In this document: piece after piece, positions 47,540 to 58,881 of the stretch
Position numbering within the stretch: position 1 is the stretch's first letter
How the letters are laid out: each line of letters begins with the position of its first letter
Assembly (NCBI GenBank): GCA_050015175.1
Contig: JBEKBX010000017.1
Location: 195 to 64,194 of the forward strand
DNA length: 64,000 bases
Reading direction: 5' to 3'
Source of the DNA: Acidimicrobiales bacterium
GTDB lineage: Bacteria; Actinomycetota; Acidimicrobiia; Acidimicrobiales; Bog-793
Program-made: the position numbers and the translations under genes
Notes under the pieces: generated by a model
What the model saw: only the letters and a program-made list of their open reading frames with translations
Told to the model about the DNA's origin: nothing
Databases searched by the model: none

Positions 47540-49438
47540 TCAGAAGTCCGACGCGTGTCGGCGGCGGAACCTCTTCTGCAGCCCGCGCGCGCGGGTCAGC
47601 GCCGGCTCGACCCCGGCGAGCCTGTGCTCGTGGGTGAAGCCCTTGGCCACGCCCAGGAGCCCCACTGTCGTGTTGACCAACGAAACGTGTGAGAAAGCTT
47701 GAGGGAAATTGCCGACGAGACGTCTTGCGACCGGGTCGTACTCCTCGGCCAGGAGTCCGAGATCCGTGCGCAGCGACAGCAGCCTCTCGAACAGCCTCAC
47801 GGCGTCGTCGTGGCGGCCGATGAGGTGCAGGTCATCGGTCAACCAGAACGAACAGGCGAGAAACGCGCCCTCGCGCCCCGTGAGCCCGTCGACGTGCTCA
47901 GACCTCTCCGAGTCGTACCGGCTGACGAAGCCGTCCACCATGAGCTCGTGCTCGATTGCCTCCACCGTCCCGATCACCCGGGAGTCCCGCGGTGGGAGGA
48001 ACCCCACGATCGGGATCATGAGCACGCTGGCGTCGAGCTCCTTCGATCCGTAGTACTGCGTGAAGGTGTTCCGCTCGGCGTCGAAGCCCTTCTCGCACAC
48101 CTCCTTGTGGATCTCGGCGCGCAGCGACTTCCACTTGTCGAGCGGGCCCTCGAGCCCGAAGTCCTCCACGTCGTGGATCGCCCTGTCGACTGCCACCCAC
48201 GCCTCCACCTTCGAGTGCGTGAAGTGACGGCGTGGCCCGCGCACTTCCCAGATGCCGTCGTCGGGCTCGGTCCAGCCCGTCTCGATGAAGTCCATGAGCG
48301 CGAGCTCGAGGTCCCAAGCCGGACCGGCGGGCTCGAGGCCAGTCCGGCGTGCTTCGTGCAACGCACCGAGGACTTCTCCATAGACGTCGAGCTGGTACTG
48401 GGCCGAGGCCGCGTTTCCGATCCGCACGGGCCTCGAGCCTTCGTAACCGGGCAGCCAGTCGAGCACCTCCTCCTTCAAGTTCTTCTCGCCGGCGACCCCG
48501 TACATGATCTGGAGCTTCGACGGGTCACCCGCCGCCGCGCGCAACAGCCAGTCGCGCCAGGCGGCGGCCTCGTCGCGGTAGCCCGCCGCCATGAGCGCGG
48601 ACAGCGTGAGCGTGGCGTCGCGGAGCCAGCAGTAGCGGTAGTCCCAGTTCCGCTCCCCACCGAGCGATTCCGGGAGCGAGGTCGTGGGCGCGGCGAGAAT
48701 GCCGCCGGTGGGCCCGTAGGTGAGCGCCTTCAAGGTGATGAGGGAACGGACAACGGCGTCGCGCCACTCATGAGGCTCGAAGTTGGCAAGGTCGGCCCAC
48801 TCCTGCCACCAGCGCTTGGTCTCCTCGATCGCGTACTGGGCGGCCACGGGACGCGCCACTTCTCCGTGCGAGGGAAAGTAGGTGAGCACGAAGGGCACCT
48901 GCTGGCCTTCGCGCACGTGGAACTCGGAGACCGTGCGCATGTCCTCGCCACGCGTCTCCGCAGTCGTCCACAACGCCAACCCGTCGGGTCCGGCCACGGC
49001 GACGAGCTGGCCGTCGTAACGACGCACCCACGGCACGACCGACCCGTAGTCGAAGCGGATCTCGAGGTCCATGCGCATCCCGACCGTGCCGCGCGAGCAC
49101 TCGACCAACCGGACGATGCTCGGGCTTTGCCCCCTGAGCGGCATGCAGTCGGTGATGCTGACGCTCCCTTCCGGCAGGTCGAACTCGCTCTCTAGCACCA
49201 AGGTGTCGCCGAGGTAACGGCGACGCGCCGCACGCAGCGCCTCACCCCGGCCTGGTGGTGGGCTCGCGGCCGGTGCGATCCGCCAGAACCCGTGGTCGGT
49301 GCCGCCGAGAAGATGGGCGAAGCACGCCGCCGAGTCGAAGCGAGGCAGGCACAGCCAGTCGATGGACCCGTCGCGCCCGACGAGCGCGGCCGTATGGGTG
49401 TCGCCGATCAGGCCGTAGTCCTCGATCGGGAGCGTCAC
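47540..49438 (-). CDS. GH15 glucoamylase/trehalase-like hydrolase
   Basis: IEDYGLIGD, GSIDWLC.PRFDS, RNWDYRYCWLRD, QLDVYGE, GIWEVRG, LLAEEYD, GNFPQAFSHVSL. Confidence 0.93.
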   Translation of the reverse strand: MTLPIEDYGLIGDTHTAALVGRDGSIDWLCLPRFDSAACFAHLLGGTDHGFWRIAPAASPPPGRGEALRAARRRYLGDTLVLESEFDLPEGSVSITDCMPLRGQSPSIVRLVECSRGTVGMRMDLEIRFDYGSVVPWVRRYDGQLVAVAGPDGLALWTTAETRGEDMRTVSEFHVREGQQVPFVLTYFPSHGEVARPVAAQYAIEETKRWWQEWADLANFEPHEWRDAVVRSLITLKALTYGPTGGILAAPTTSLPESLGGERNWDYRYCWLRDATLTLSALMAAGYRDEAAAWRDWLLRAAAGDPSKLQIMYGVAGEKNLKEEVLDWLPGYEGSRPVRIGNAASAQYQLDVYGEVLGALHEARRTGLEPAGPAWDLELALMDFIETGWTEPDDGIWEVRGPRRHFTHSKVEAWVAVDRAIHDVEDFGLEGPLDKWKSLRAEIHKEVCEKGFDAERNTFTQYYGSKELDASVLMIPIVGFLPPRDSRVIGTVEAIEHELMVDGFVSRYDSERSEHVDGLTGREGAFLACSFWLTDDLHLIGRHDDAVRLFERLLSLRTDLGLLAEEYDPVARRLVGNFPQAFSHVSLVNTTVGLLGVAKGFTHEHRLAGVEPALTRARGLQKRFRRRHASDF

Positions 49439-49478
49439 CGCACCATCCTTACCGACCTGCGGCCTTCTCGTTGCCGGC

Positions 49479-50654
49479 TCATCGCGGGACGCAGGCGCCG
49501 GTGCCGACCACCGTCGAGGTTGGCAACTCCTCCGCCTTCCGGACGCGCTCGAGGACCCCGGGGGACGCGAGCGCGTAGCCGACGTCGTTGCCTGTGGGCG
49601 ACCTCGAGAAGACGACTCCGATGACGACACCGTCCGGCTCCACCAGGGGGCCTCCGGAGTTGCCGGGCCGGACAAGGGCCTGGATCACGTACACCTCGCG
49701 AACCGTCGGGTTCTCGCCGTAGATGTCGAGTCCGGTCGCGAGGATCTCAGAGCGGACACCGGCGCGGTCGGCCGCGAGCGGACCCCCCTCCGGATAGCCG
49801 AGCACGACGGCCTTGGTCGCGCGGGCGACCGTGTCGGGGTCGATTGTGAGCGCAGGCTCCGTGAGCCCGCGCACGCGCAGGATCGCAAGGTCGAACTCCG
49901 GGTCGAAGAGCTCGACCACGGCAACGTGGAAGCCGACGGTGTCCTCGACCCTGATCGACTGCGTGCCTGCTACGACATGGGCGTTCGTGACGACGAGACC
50001 GGGCGCCACCACGAAGCCCGAGCCCTCTTGAACCTCGCCGCATCCGATCGCGACGACCTTCAGCGTGGAAGGTGCGGCGTTCCTGGTACCGGCCCGCACC
50101 TGAGCCGCTGAGGGATAGGGGACCGGCCCGGCAAGCTGGATGAACCCGTCGGCCACGAGCTGCAGGCCTTCGTCACTCAGGAATCGCTCCACAGGCGCGA
50201 GTGCCGTCGGGATCGGCGGCATGACTTCGGTGACGACCCGGACGATGCCTGAACCGTCGATCTGGTTGGCCACGACCGGGAACTGGCTGTTCACCAGGAT
50301 CGAGGCCAGCAGCCACACCACGATGAGAGCGCCCCCGGTCGCGGTGATGGCGCCGCCTGCCGCGTCCACGGCGCCGAAGCGGGCCCGGCGCAGTCGGCTC
50401 CACAGTCCCGCGCCCAACTGGCGTCCCGCGGTGGCAAGCACAGCAGCGGGTACGAGAAGGAGGAGGAGAGCGGCAACAGTCTTGGCGTGCTGCCCCCTGA
50501 CATGGGGGCACACGAGCAGCACGAGCACGACGCCGAGGGCCAGACCGCCGAGGGCTCCGCCGTAGGAAAGGATCTGGACTGCTGCTCCCCGCCGGAACCC
50601 GCGGAAGGCCGACGCCAGGATGACGACGACGAGGATCAGATCGAGAACGTCCAT
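49479..50654 (-). CDS. marP: MarP-like membrane serine protease (CvpA-like TM + trypsin domain)
   Basis: Four N-terminal TMs; GSGFVV, TNAHVVAG, DLAIL, GNSGGP; CGEVQEG and GACV Cys pair. Confidence 0.85.
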   Translation of the reverse strand: MDVLDLILVVVILASAFRGFRRGAAVQILSYGGALGGLALGVVLVLLVCPHVRGQHAKTVAALLLLLVPAAVLATAGRQLGAGLWSRLRRARFGAVDAAGGAITATGGALIVVWLLASILVNSQFPVVANQIDGSGIVRVVTEVMPPIPTALAPVERFLSDEGLQLVADGFIQLAGPVPYPSAAQVRAGTRNAAPSTLKVVAIGCGEVQEGSGFVVAPGLVVTNAHVVAGTQSIRVEDTVGFHVAVVELFDPEFDLAILRVRGLTEPALTIDPDTVARATKAVVLGYPEGGPLAADRAGVRSEILATGLDIYGENPTVREVYVIQALVRPGNSGGPLVEPDGVVIGVVFSRSPTGNDVGYALASPGVLERVRKAEELPTSTVVGTGACVPR

Positions 50655-50939
50655 GTCGGGCTCGGTCAGATCCCGCTTCTGCTCACAGGGGCTTCGCGCA
50701 GGGGCCGTGCTCGCCGCAACAACCTCGGGGACCGCCCCCATCACGGGCTCGAGACGCCGGTCGGTCCATAGGGCTGGGGTGAGTGTAGGCGCGGGACTGC
50801 CGGGGCCGAACGCGCCCACCTGCCAATTCCGCCGTTCTGGGCCGAGTTCGCGGGCTTCGGGCCGCGTCCGGGCGCCCACCCAGACGCGAAGAACTGTACT
50901 GGTTGCACTTCGGGTGCCCAACTGCTCCAAACTGGAGTC

Positions 50940-51767
50940 GTGGCCCGATCAACCGACCGACCCCTTGTGCCCGCGCGGCGTTCTGCCAGGGGCCGCTCGC
51001 GCACCCCGAAATGGCTCGTCGCGATCCTTAGCGCTCGGCGCAAGCCACAGGGCCTCAGCGAAGGACCGACCCAAGAGCACCACCACCGCGACATTCGGGG
51101 GGGCAGCGCTCGGGCCGCCGTGTTCGGCATCAGTGACGGGCTCGTGACAAACATCTCTCTGATCCTGGGGCTCTCGGGGGCGAACCCGCCCGCCGGAGTC
51201 GTACGGCTCGCAGGTTTGGCGGGGCTGCTCGGCGGTGCGTTCTCCATGGCGGCCGGGGAGTACGTCTCGATGCGCGCTCAGAGCGAGCTGTTCGAGCGCG
51301 AGCTGGAACGCGAGCGGCAGGAGATCCATCACCGACCCGAAGGAGAGCTCCAAGAGCTGGTGAGGATCTACGAGAGCCGCGGCATATCCACCGAGCTCGC
51401 CAAAGAGGTGGCCCGCCAGATGATGGCCGACCCTAAGACCGCGCTCGAGACTCATGCCCGCGAGGAGCTCGGCATCCATCCCGACTCTCTGGGCCGGCCC
51501 GTGCAGGCGGCGTTCGCGTCGTTCGTGACCTTCAGCGTGGGCGCCTTGTTACCGCTGATACCGTTCCTGACCGCGCACGGAACCGGTGCCGTTCTCGTGT
51601 CGATCGTGATCGCCGCAATTGCCGCTGTGATCGTCGGCTCTGCGCTCTCGCTCTTCACGGGGCGCTCGTGGTGGTGGTCGGCGTTCCGTCAGCTGGCGAT
51701 CTGTGCCGCGGCCGGTGCTGTGACCTACGGTGTTGGCGCAGCAGTCGGCCTGAGCGTTGTTCACTGA
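50940..51767 (+). CDS. VIT1/CCC1 family Fe/Mn transporter
   Basis: RAAVFGISDGLVTN, SMAAGEYVS, EQ-rich cytosolic loop, HAREELG. Confidence 0.92.
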   Translation: MARSTDRPLVPARRSARGRSRTPKWLVAILSARRKPQGLSEGPTQEHHHRDIRGGSARAAVFGISDGLVTNISLILGLSGANPPAGVVRLAGLAGLLGGAFSMAAGEYVSMRAQSELFERELERERQEIHHRPEGELQELVRIYESRGISTELAKEVARQMMADPKTALETHAREELGIHPDSLGRPVQAAFASFVTFSVGALLPLIPFLTAHGTGAVLVSIVIAAIAAVIVGSALSLFTGRSWWWSAFRQLAICAAAGAVTYGVGAAVGLSVVH

Positions 51768-52360
51768 TGGGAACCAGGACGAAAGCCTCCGAGACGCCGG
51801 CACGCTCTGGGGCTGAGGCGGGGGGTGAGCTGGTGGCGGTGGTCGCCGTCTACGTCGTGCGCCACGCCCACGCCCAGCCGCGCGAGGGCTGGACGGGCCG
51901 GGACGAGGACCGTCCCCTCACCGATCGCGGCGTGAAGGAGGCTCGGGCCCTAGCCGACCGGTTCGATACGACTGCGCCCGGCACGCGGTCGCGCAAGTCC
52001 TTTGCTCAGGCGCGCGAGCCCAGGCCCACGCTGCTCCTGTCCAGCAGTGCCGAACGCTGCCTGGCGACTCTCGGTCCCCTCGCTGCCGCGTGCGGGCTGT
52101 CGGTCGGCACCGCTGAGTTCCTCTCGGAGGGATCCGACGCCCGCGACGCTCTCGTGCAGGCACAAGAGCTTGCTGCCGGTGGCGGCGTGCCGGTGCTGTG
52201 CACCCATGGGGACGTGATCTGGGGAATGGTCGAACTGCTCGAGAAGTCAGGCGCTTACCTGCCAGGACCGGTGGACGTGAAGAAGGGGTCGGTCTGGGTC
52301 CTCGAGGTCGAATCGGGCTTGATAGGGTCCGCGAGGTACATCCCCCCGGGCAGGGTGTAG
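51767..52360 (+). CDS. Histidine phosphatase (SixA/MutT1-phosphatase-like)
   Basis: VRHAHA, RPLTDRG, SSSAERCLAT, CTHGDVI, KKGSVW. Confidence 0.82.
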   Translation: MGTRTKASETPARSGAEAGGELVAVVAVYVVRHAHAQPREGWTGRDEDRPLTDRGVKEARALADRFDTTAPGTRSRKSFAQAREPRPTLLLSSSAERCLATLGPLAAACGLSVGTAEFLSEGSDARDALVQAQELAAGGGVPVLCTHGDVIWGMVELLEKSGAYLPGPVDVKKGSVWVLEVESGLIGSARYIPPGRV

Positions 52361-52371
52361 GTTCCCGCCCC

Positions 52372-53088
52372 GTGAGCGCTCGGCAAGACACGGGACCGAC
52401 GGCCGAGGACGCCCCCGGACCCTCGGCCGGTTTGCTCGCCCTCGTCGGGGGCGGTGAGTGGCAACAGGGCACTGACTACGACGCCGAGCTGCTGGAGCGC
52501 TCTGGTGCCGACGAAGTGCTCATTCTTCCCACCGCCGCTGCCTACCAGCATCCCGAACGGGCGGTTGCTCACGCCGAGACGTGGTTCTCGTCGCTCGGCT
52601 CCAGGGCCCGTGGGCTGATGGTGCTGCGCCATTCGGACGCCAACAAGGAGCCCAGCGCGGCCGCGGTGCGTGACGCACGCTTCATCTACCTCTCCGGTGG
52701 TTCGCCCCTCCACCTGCTGTCGGTGCTGAAGGGCTCGCTCGTCTTCGCGGCGCTCGCGAACGCCTGGCGCCGCGGCGCGGTCGTCGCCGGCTCGTCGGCG
52801 GGGGCGATGGTGCTCGTCGATCCCATGGTCGACCCCCGAGGCGGGGCGTTCACCGTGGGGCTCGGCCTCGTCGAACAGCTGGCCGTCGTGCCGCACCACG
52901 ACTCAGGCGCCTCCCACCATTTCTGGCGGACCCTCGAGCTGGCCCCGGCAGGGCTCCCGGTCGCCGGCATCCCCGAGCGCACGGCGCTCATCAGGGAGCC
53001 GGACGGGGCGTGGCGATCAGCCGGTGAAGGACAGGTCACCGTCTATATAGACGGGGTGGACGCCGGCCTCGGCGCTTTGCGTCGATAG
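52372..53088 (+). CDS. Peptidase S51 family (cyanophycinase/PepE-like)
   Basis: LVGGGE, ILPTAAA, YLSGG, GSSAGAM, VVPHH. Confidence 0.85.
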   Translation: MSARQDTGPTAEDAPGPSAGLLALVGGGEWQQGTDYDAELLERSGADEVLILPTAAAYQHPERAVAHAETWFSSLGSRARGLMVLRHSDANKEPSAAAVRDARFIYLSGGSPLHLLSVLKGSLVFAALANAWRRGAVVAGSSAGAMVLVDPMVDPRGGAFTVGLGLVEQLAVVPHHDSGASHHFWRTLELAPAGLPVAGIPERTALIREPDGAWRSAGEGQVTVYIDGVDAGLGALRR

Positions 53089-53113
53089 AGCTGCCACCAA
53101 GGCGCGCCGGCGC

Positions 53114-53668
53114 TCAGTCCAGCTCGGTGACCGTGACCGACTCGATGAGGACCTTCTCCTTCGGCGCGCCCGACCTCGTCCCCACGGAGTCGATCGCCGC
53201 GACGACGTCCCGCCCGGAGACAAGCTGGCCGAACAGCGAGTAAAGCGGCGGCAGGCGGGTCCCGTCGTGCCCCGAGATGACGAAGAACTGGCTCCCGTTG
53301 GTGTCCCGCCCCGCATTGGCCATTGCGAGCGATCCGAGCTCGTAGCGGCCGGGCTGGGGCAGCTCGTCCTCGAATCGGTAGCCGGGCCCGCCGGCACCCG
53401 TCCCCTCCGGGTCGCCCCCCTGCAGGACGAAACCGGGGATGATCCGGTGGAACACGATCCCGTCGAAGTAGTGGTAGCGCGCCAGGAACACGAAGTTGTT
53501 CACCGTCCTGGGAGCGCTTACCGCATCGAGGGCGAAGATCATCGTGCCCTTGGAGGTGACCATCTCGGCGGTGTAGCGCTTCGAGAGGTCGATGCACATC
53601 GGTGGCGGCCCGTCGAAACGTTGGGTCTTCGGCGCAGAGCCGTCGGCAGGTGGGCACTCGCTCGGCAT
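53114..53668 (-). CDS. Cyclophilin-type peptidyl-prolyl isomerase
   Basis: APRTVNNFVFLARYHYFDGIVFHRIIPGFVLQGGDP, ANAGRDTNGSQFF. Confidence 0.95.
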   Translation of the reverse strand: MPSECPPADGSAPKTQRFDGPPPMCIDLSKRYTAEMVTSKGTMIFALDAVSAPRTVNNFVFLARYHYFDGIVFHRIIPGFVLQGGDPEGTGAGGPGYRFEDELPQPGRYELGSLAMANAGRDTNGSQFFVISGHDGTRLPPLYSLFGQLVSGRDVVAAIDSVGTRSGAPKEKVLIESVTVTELD

Positions 53669-53709
53669 TGAAGGGGCTCCGTTTCTCTCGAGGTGATGAT
53701 GGGCCGCGC

Positions 53710-54582
53710 TCAGCCGGAGACCTGCGAGACCGTGACGCTGAGAAGGTAGACCCTGACCTTCGGGGTGCCGGTCGGATATGCACCACCGAGGGCACCGATC
53801 TTGTCGAGGACGCTCGTCCCAGAAATGGCCTTGCCAAAGATCGTGTAGAGAGGCTGGAGCTGCTTCTGACCGCCGGGCAGCACGAAGAAGAACTGGCTCT
53901 CATCGGAAGTCGCATTGCCGCTGTTGGCCATCACGAGGTCGTAGGGCTGGTAACACGCGGCTTGCGTCGGCTTGCTCTTACAACTCGCCGGTGGCGTATT
54001 GCCGGTGAAGTGGTAGCCGGGCAAGCCATGCGGCCCCCCGTATCCGGTGCCGGTCGGGTCACCACCCTGCACGATGAACCCGGGAATCACCCTGTGGAAG
54101 TAAGTGCCGTTGAAGTACTGGTAGCGGGCGAGGAACACGAAGTTGTTGACCGCGGCGAACGATGCGGCCGCAGGCATTTGCACGAGGATGTCCCCGAGGC
54201 TCGTCTTGAAAGTGGCGTCCCAGACCGAGGTCGCGGGGATGCACGCCGACGGTGCCGTCGTGAACCAAACGACACGCGTTTTCGATCCTGTGGCGGGCGG
54301 GCATGTCGTGGCTACGGCGGCCGTCGCGAACGGCTGGGTCGTCGGCGTCGGGAACGTCGTCACGGTGGTCGTCGTGGCCGTCGTGGTCGTCGTGGTCGTC
54401 GGCGGCTTGGCCGACTTGGTGGTCGAGCCGTTGACGAGGAGCACGATGCCGACGATGACGACTGCCAGGACCCCGGCCCCCAATGCACGGCGCGTGTTGC
54501 GGCGTCGCTTGCGGCTCTTTTGGATGACGGCTTGCTTTTGTTCACGAGCGGCTCGCTGGCGCGCTCTCTTGTCGGTGGGCAC
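53710..54582 (-). CDS. Membrane-anchored cyclophilin (PpiB-like)
   Basis: Basic N-terminus, one TM, Thr-rich linker, VNNFVFLARYQYFNGTYFHRVIPGFIVQGGDP, SQFF. Confidence 0.92.
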   Translation of the reverse strand: MPTDKRARQRAAREQKQAVIQKSRKRRRNTRRALGAGVLAVVIVGIVLLVNGSTTKSAKPPTTTTTTTATTTTVTTFPTPTTQPFATAAVATTCPPATGSKTRVVWFTTAPSACIPATSVWDATFKTSLGDILVQMPAAASFAAVNNFVFLARYQYFNGTYFHRVIPGFIVQGGDPTGTGYGGPHGLPGYHFTGNTPPASCKSKPTQAACYQPYDLVMANSGNATSDESQFFFVLPGGQKQLQPLYTIFGKAISGTSVLDKIGALGGAYPTGTPKVRVYLLSVTVSQVSG

Positions 54583-54716
54583 GGATCGAAAGGCTACTTA
54601 ACCTGCGCCCCTGAGCGCATACGCGGGCCGCGTCGAGGAGAAGGCACGTCCTCGCTGCTCCGCCACTGAGGCCGGCCGGTCGCCCGAGCTCGCGGCCCGG
54701 CGGTAGGTTGGCGGGC

Positions 54717-55931
54717 GTGACCCTGGTCGTCCAGAAATTCGGCGGGACCTCGGTCGGCGATGCCGACCGCATCCGTGCCGTCGCGGACCATATAGCCCGC
54801 ACAAGGCGCAGTGGCGCCGATGTCATCGTCGTGGTCAGCGCCATGGGCAAGACCACCGACGCGCTCATCCGCCTCGCCGAGGACGTGAGCAGGGTGCGCC
54901 CGGGCCGGGAGCTCGACATGCTGCTCACCGCGGGCGAGCGGATAACGATGTCGCTGCTGTGCATGGCGCTCGCGGAGCTCGGCGTGCCCGCCGCCTCGTT
55001 CACCGGCAGCCAGGCAGGCATCATCACAGACACCACGCACACCAAGGCGCGGATCCTCGAGGTAAAAGGCGACCGCCTCCGTGAATCGCTGGCCCAGGGC
55101 ATCGTCCCCGTCGTGGCCGGATTCCAGGGAGTCTCGAGCAAACGGGACGTGACCACGCTCGGTCGCGGGGGCTCCGACACGACGGCCGTGGCCCTCGCCG
55201 CCGCCCTCGATGCCGAGCTCTGTGAGATCTACACCGACGTCTCAGGCGTCTTCACCGCGGATCCCCGCGTGGTCCCGACCGCCCACCGGATACCCAGGAT
55301 CTCCTTCGAGGAAATGCTCGAGATCGCCGCGACTGGTGGCAAGGTCCTTGCGCTCCGCTCGGTCGAGTTCGCCCGTAACCACCATGTGCGTCTCCACGTG
55401 CGCTCAAGCTTCACGTGGGAGCCCGGGACCATCGTCAGCGAGGAGGACCCTTCCATGGAACAGCCCATCGTCTCGGCGGTGACGAGCGATTCGAGCGAGG
55501 CCAAGATCACCATCACCGGCGTCCCGGACCAGCCGGGCATCGCTGCCTCGGTGTTCAGGGGGCTCGCCGACCGGGCGATCAACGTCGACGTGATCGTTCA
55601 GAACACCTCCCACCACGGGACGACGGACATCTCCTTCACCGTCCCCCGCTCGGACTTGGATGGCGGCCTCGAAGTGGCCGAGCAGCTCGTCCCGCAACTG
55701 GGCGCGGTGTCGGTGGTCGCCGACGACGACGTTGCCACCGTCTCTCTTGTAGGTGCGGGGATGAGGACCCATCCGGGCGTCACCGCGACCATGTTCGAGA
55801 CCCTCGCGGCCGCCGGGATAAACATCGAGATGATCTCCACGTCTCCCATTCGCATCTCATGCCTTGTCCGCGCGGAGCACGCGGAGCGGGCGGTCCAGGC
55901 CCTCCACACCGCCTTCGAGCTCGGCGGCTAG
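54717..55931 (+). CDS. ask: Aspartate kinase
   Basis: [33 protein letters not shown]; two ACT domains. Confidence 0.97.
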   Translation: MTLVVQKFGGTSVGDADRIRAVADHIARTRRSGADVIVVVSAMGKTTDALIRLAEDVSRVRPGRELDMLLTAGERITMSLLCMALAELGVPAASFTGSQAGIITDTTHTKARILEVKGDRLRESLAQGIVPVVAGFQGVSSKRDVTTLGRGGSDTTAVALAAALDAELCEIYTDVSGVFTADPRVVPTAHRIPRISFEEMLEIAATGGKVLALRSVEFARNHHVRLHVRSSFTWEPGTIVSEEDPSMEQPIVSAVTSDSSEAKITITGVPDQPGIAASVFRGLADRAINVDVIVQNTSHHGTTDISFTVPRSDLDGGLEVAEQLVPQLGAVSVVADDDVATVSLVGAGMRTHPGVTATMFETLAAAGINIEMISTSPIRISCLVRAEHAERAVQALHTAFELGG

Positions 55932-56003
55932 CGGCAGGGGAGTCTTCCGACTTCCCGCGCCGGCGGCTCGGCCGAGCCCAGCCAACAAGAGGTCCGCCAT
56001 TAA

Positions 56004-57035
<1,032 letters not shown>

Positions 57036-57113
57036 CCGCTGCAATCTGGCTAAGGTGCGCTCGCGCTCTCCCGATCGCCGCCGTCGCCGACAGGCCCCGC
57101 CTCAGCGGACCGG

Positions 57114-58811
57114 TCACATGCCGAAGAAAGGCAGTATCCGAGTGGGCACGACGCGCTTGGAAGGGATCACCACCACATACGGTCCGCTGTAGCGCATCGT
57201 GTAGCCGATGTGATGATCGTCGCACCACTCGACGATCTCGGGCACCAACAGGCACTGCTGGTCCGGCGCGATGCACCCGGGGTCGAGGGCCGTCGTCCCG
57301 GCCTCGACGGCCGCCTCCTGCTCCAGGGCGGGCTTCACGAAGATCCACGCCGGCGTCGGGCTCGCGGCTATGGCTCGGTAATAGGGCTGATAGCGGATGA
57401 AATCAGGCCCGGCAGGGCTGACGGTGACGCGGCCGTCGGAGAGGAAGGCCAGGTCGTAGCCGAGCCAGTAGCTGGAAAAGGCGTCACGGACATGCCAGCG
57501 GACCAGTGAGTCCGCGAGCGCGGTGGGCAGGTTGTTGGGGTTCGTATGCCACGAGAGCCAACTGGTGCGCTCGACTGCGGGCAGGGCCACGACGGGCTTG
57601 TAAGGCGGCTCGCCTCGCGCGGCGACAAGTGTCAGCCCCAAGGCCGCGACGAGCACGATCGCAGCCATGGTCGCAGGAGCGAGCTGCGTGTACCCCATCG
57701 CCCACATGCCGGCCTCGCAGACCAACGAGACGATGACGAGCCCGAGCAAGGGCGCCAGGAAGATCGCGTAGCGGGCGTCGTGCCAGTACCAGGTGAACGG
57801 CTGCGCGGCGTAGAGGAACGGGAACGCCGCGACGAAGAGCAGCAGCAGCCACGCTCGCCCGTGCATCGCCAGGTACAAGAGCCAGCCGACGAGCACGACG
57901 AGCACGACGTTCACGAGATGGGGCGTCAGGTTCGACGGGGCCACCCATTCGCCCGACCCGCGGGTCCGAAGGCCGAGAACGATCGGGAGCACGTAGCGGT
58001 CGAATATGCCAAGATGCCACCAATACGCTCCTCCCGGACCGGGAGGCGGAGGCTGGGGAACCCCGGCGAGCGAGTCGAAGTGATGGGGGAGGTTCTGCCA
58101 CCACCAGGGGAGCGAGCCGACGGCAAGAGCCACTACGCCAAGGGCCAGGGAGCCCAAAGGCACCTCGGCCCGTCGCTGTACGACGCGGGCCAGAAGGTAG
58201 ACGCCGGCCGGGGCGAGGAAGTAGACGATCTCCGGGCTGGACCACCAGCCAACGCCGGCGCCGAGCCCGAGCGCGAGCCAGTCGAGCCTCCCGCCGTCGC
58301 CGTCCCCGATCCTGAGCACGGTCAAGAACACGACGAGCCCGCAGACGAGCACGACCCAACGAAAGCCATCGCCATGGTCGTAGTAGGTCACATAAGGCTC
58401 GGGCCAGACCCAAAAGGCGATGGCGGCCACCGCGCCGACCGGACTGCCGAACATGCGGTTCCCGATCCGCCACAGGACTGCGACCGACGCGGCACACAAC
58501 AGGACGGTCGTGAGCCCGAGGGTGAACGCAGAGCTCCCCAACAGTGCGAAGACCCCGGCGACCGCGTAGGCCTCCGTGCCTCCGTAGTTCTGGGCCCAGA
58601 AGAACGCGAAGAAGTGACCGTGCAGGATCTCCTGGGCCATGAGCCCGACGACTGCCTCGTCGGAGTTGATGGTGCCTCTGCCGAGGGCATAGAGCCTGAG
58701 CAGGAGGCCGAGCAGGAGCGCGAGCACCACAACGGCAGTCAGCGCCGGGTTCGCCCGCCAGCACGCGGCAAGTCGCCGCCAAGGAGTCGACCGGCGGCTC
58801 AAGGCTCTCAC
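57114..58811 (-). CDS. GT-C fold membrane glycosyltransferase (PMT/ArnT-like)
   Basis: First loop NSDEAVVGLMA, ~11 TMs, extracytoplasmic C-terminal domain; start uncertain. Confidence 0.72.
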   Translation of the reverse strand: MRALSRRSTPWRRLAACWRANPALTAVVVLALLLGLLLRLYALGRGTINSDEAVVGLMAQEILHGHFFAFFWAQNYGGTEAYAVAGVFALLGSSAFTLGLTTVLLCAASVAVLWRIGNRMFGSPVGAVAAIAFWVWPEPYVTYYDHGDGFRWVVLVCGLVVFLTVLRIGDGDGGRLDWLALGLGAGVGWWSSPEIVYFLAPAGVYLLARVVQRRAEVPLGSLALGVVALAVGSLPWWWQNLPHHFDSLAGVPQPPPPGPGGAYWWHLGIFDRYVLPIVLGLRTRGSGEWVAPSNLTPHLVNVVLVVLVGWLLYLAMHGRAWLLLLFVAAFPFLYAAQPFTWYWHDARYAIFLAPLLGLVIVSLVCEAGMWAMGYTQLAPATMAAIVLVAALGLTLVAARGEPPYKPVVALPAVERTSWLSWHTNPNNLPTALADSLVRWHVRDAFSSYWLGYDLAFLSDGRVTVSPAGPDFIRYQPYYRAIAASPTPAWIFVKPALEQEAAVEAGTTALDPGCIAPDQQCLLVPEIVEWCDDHHIGYTMRYSGPYVVVIPSKRVVPTRILPFFGM

Positions 58812-58881
58812 GAGCGCTGGCCGCCCAAGATGCTTCAGCTGACGGGAAGTGAGCGACGGGTGGCCGCGCGGCCGGCCATCC

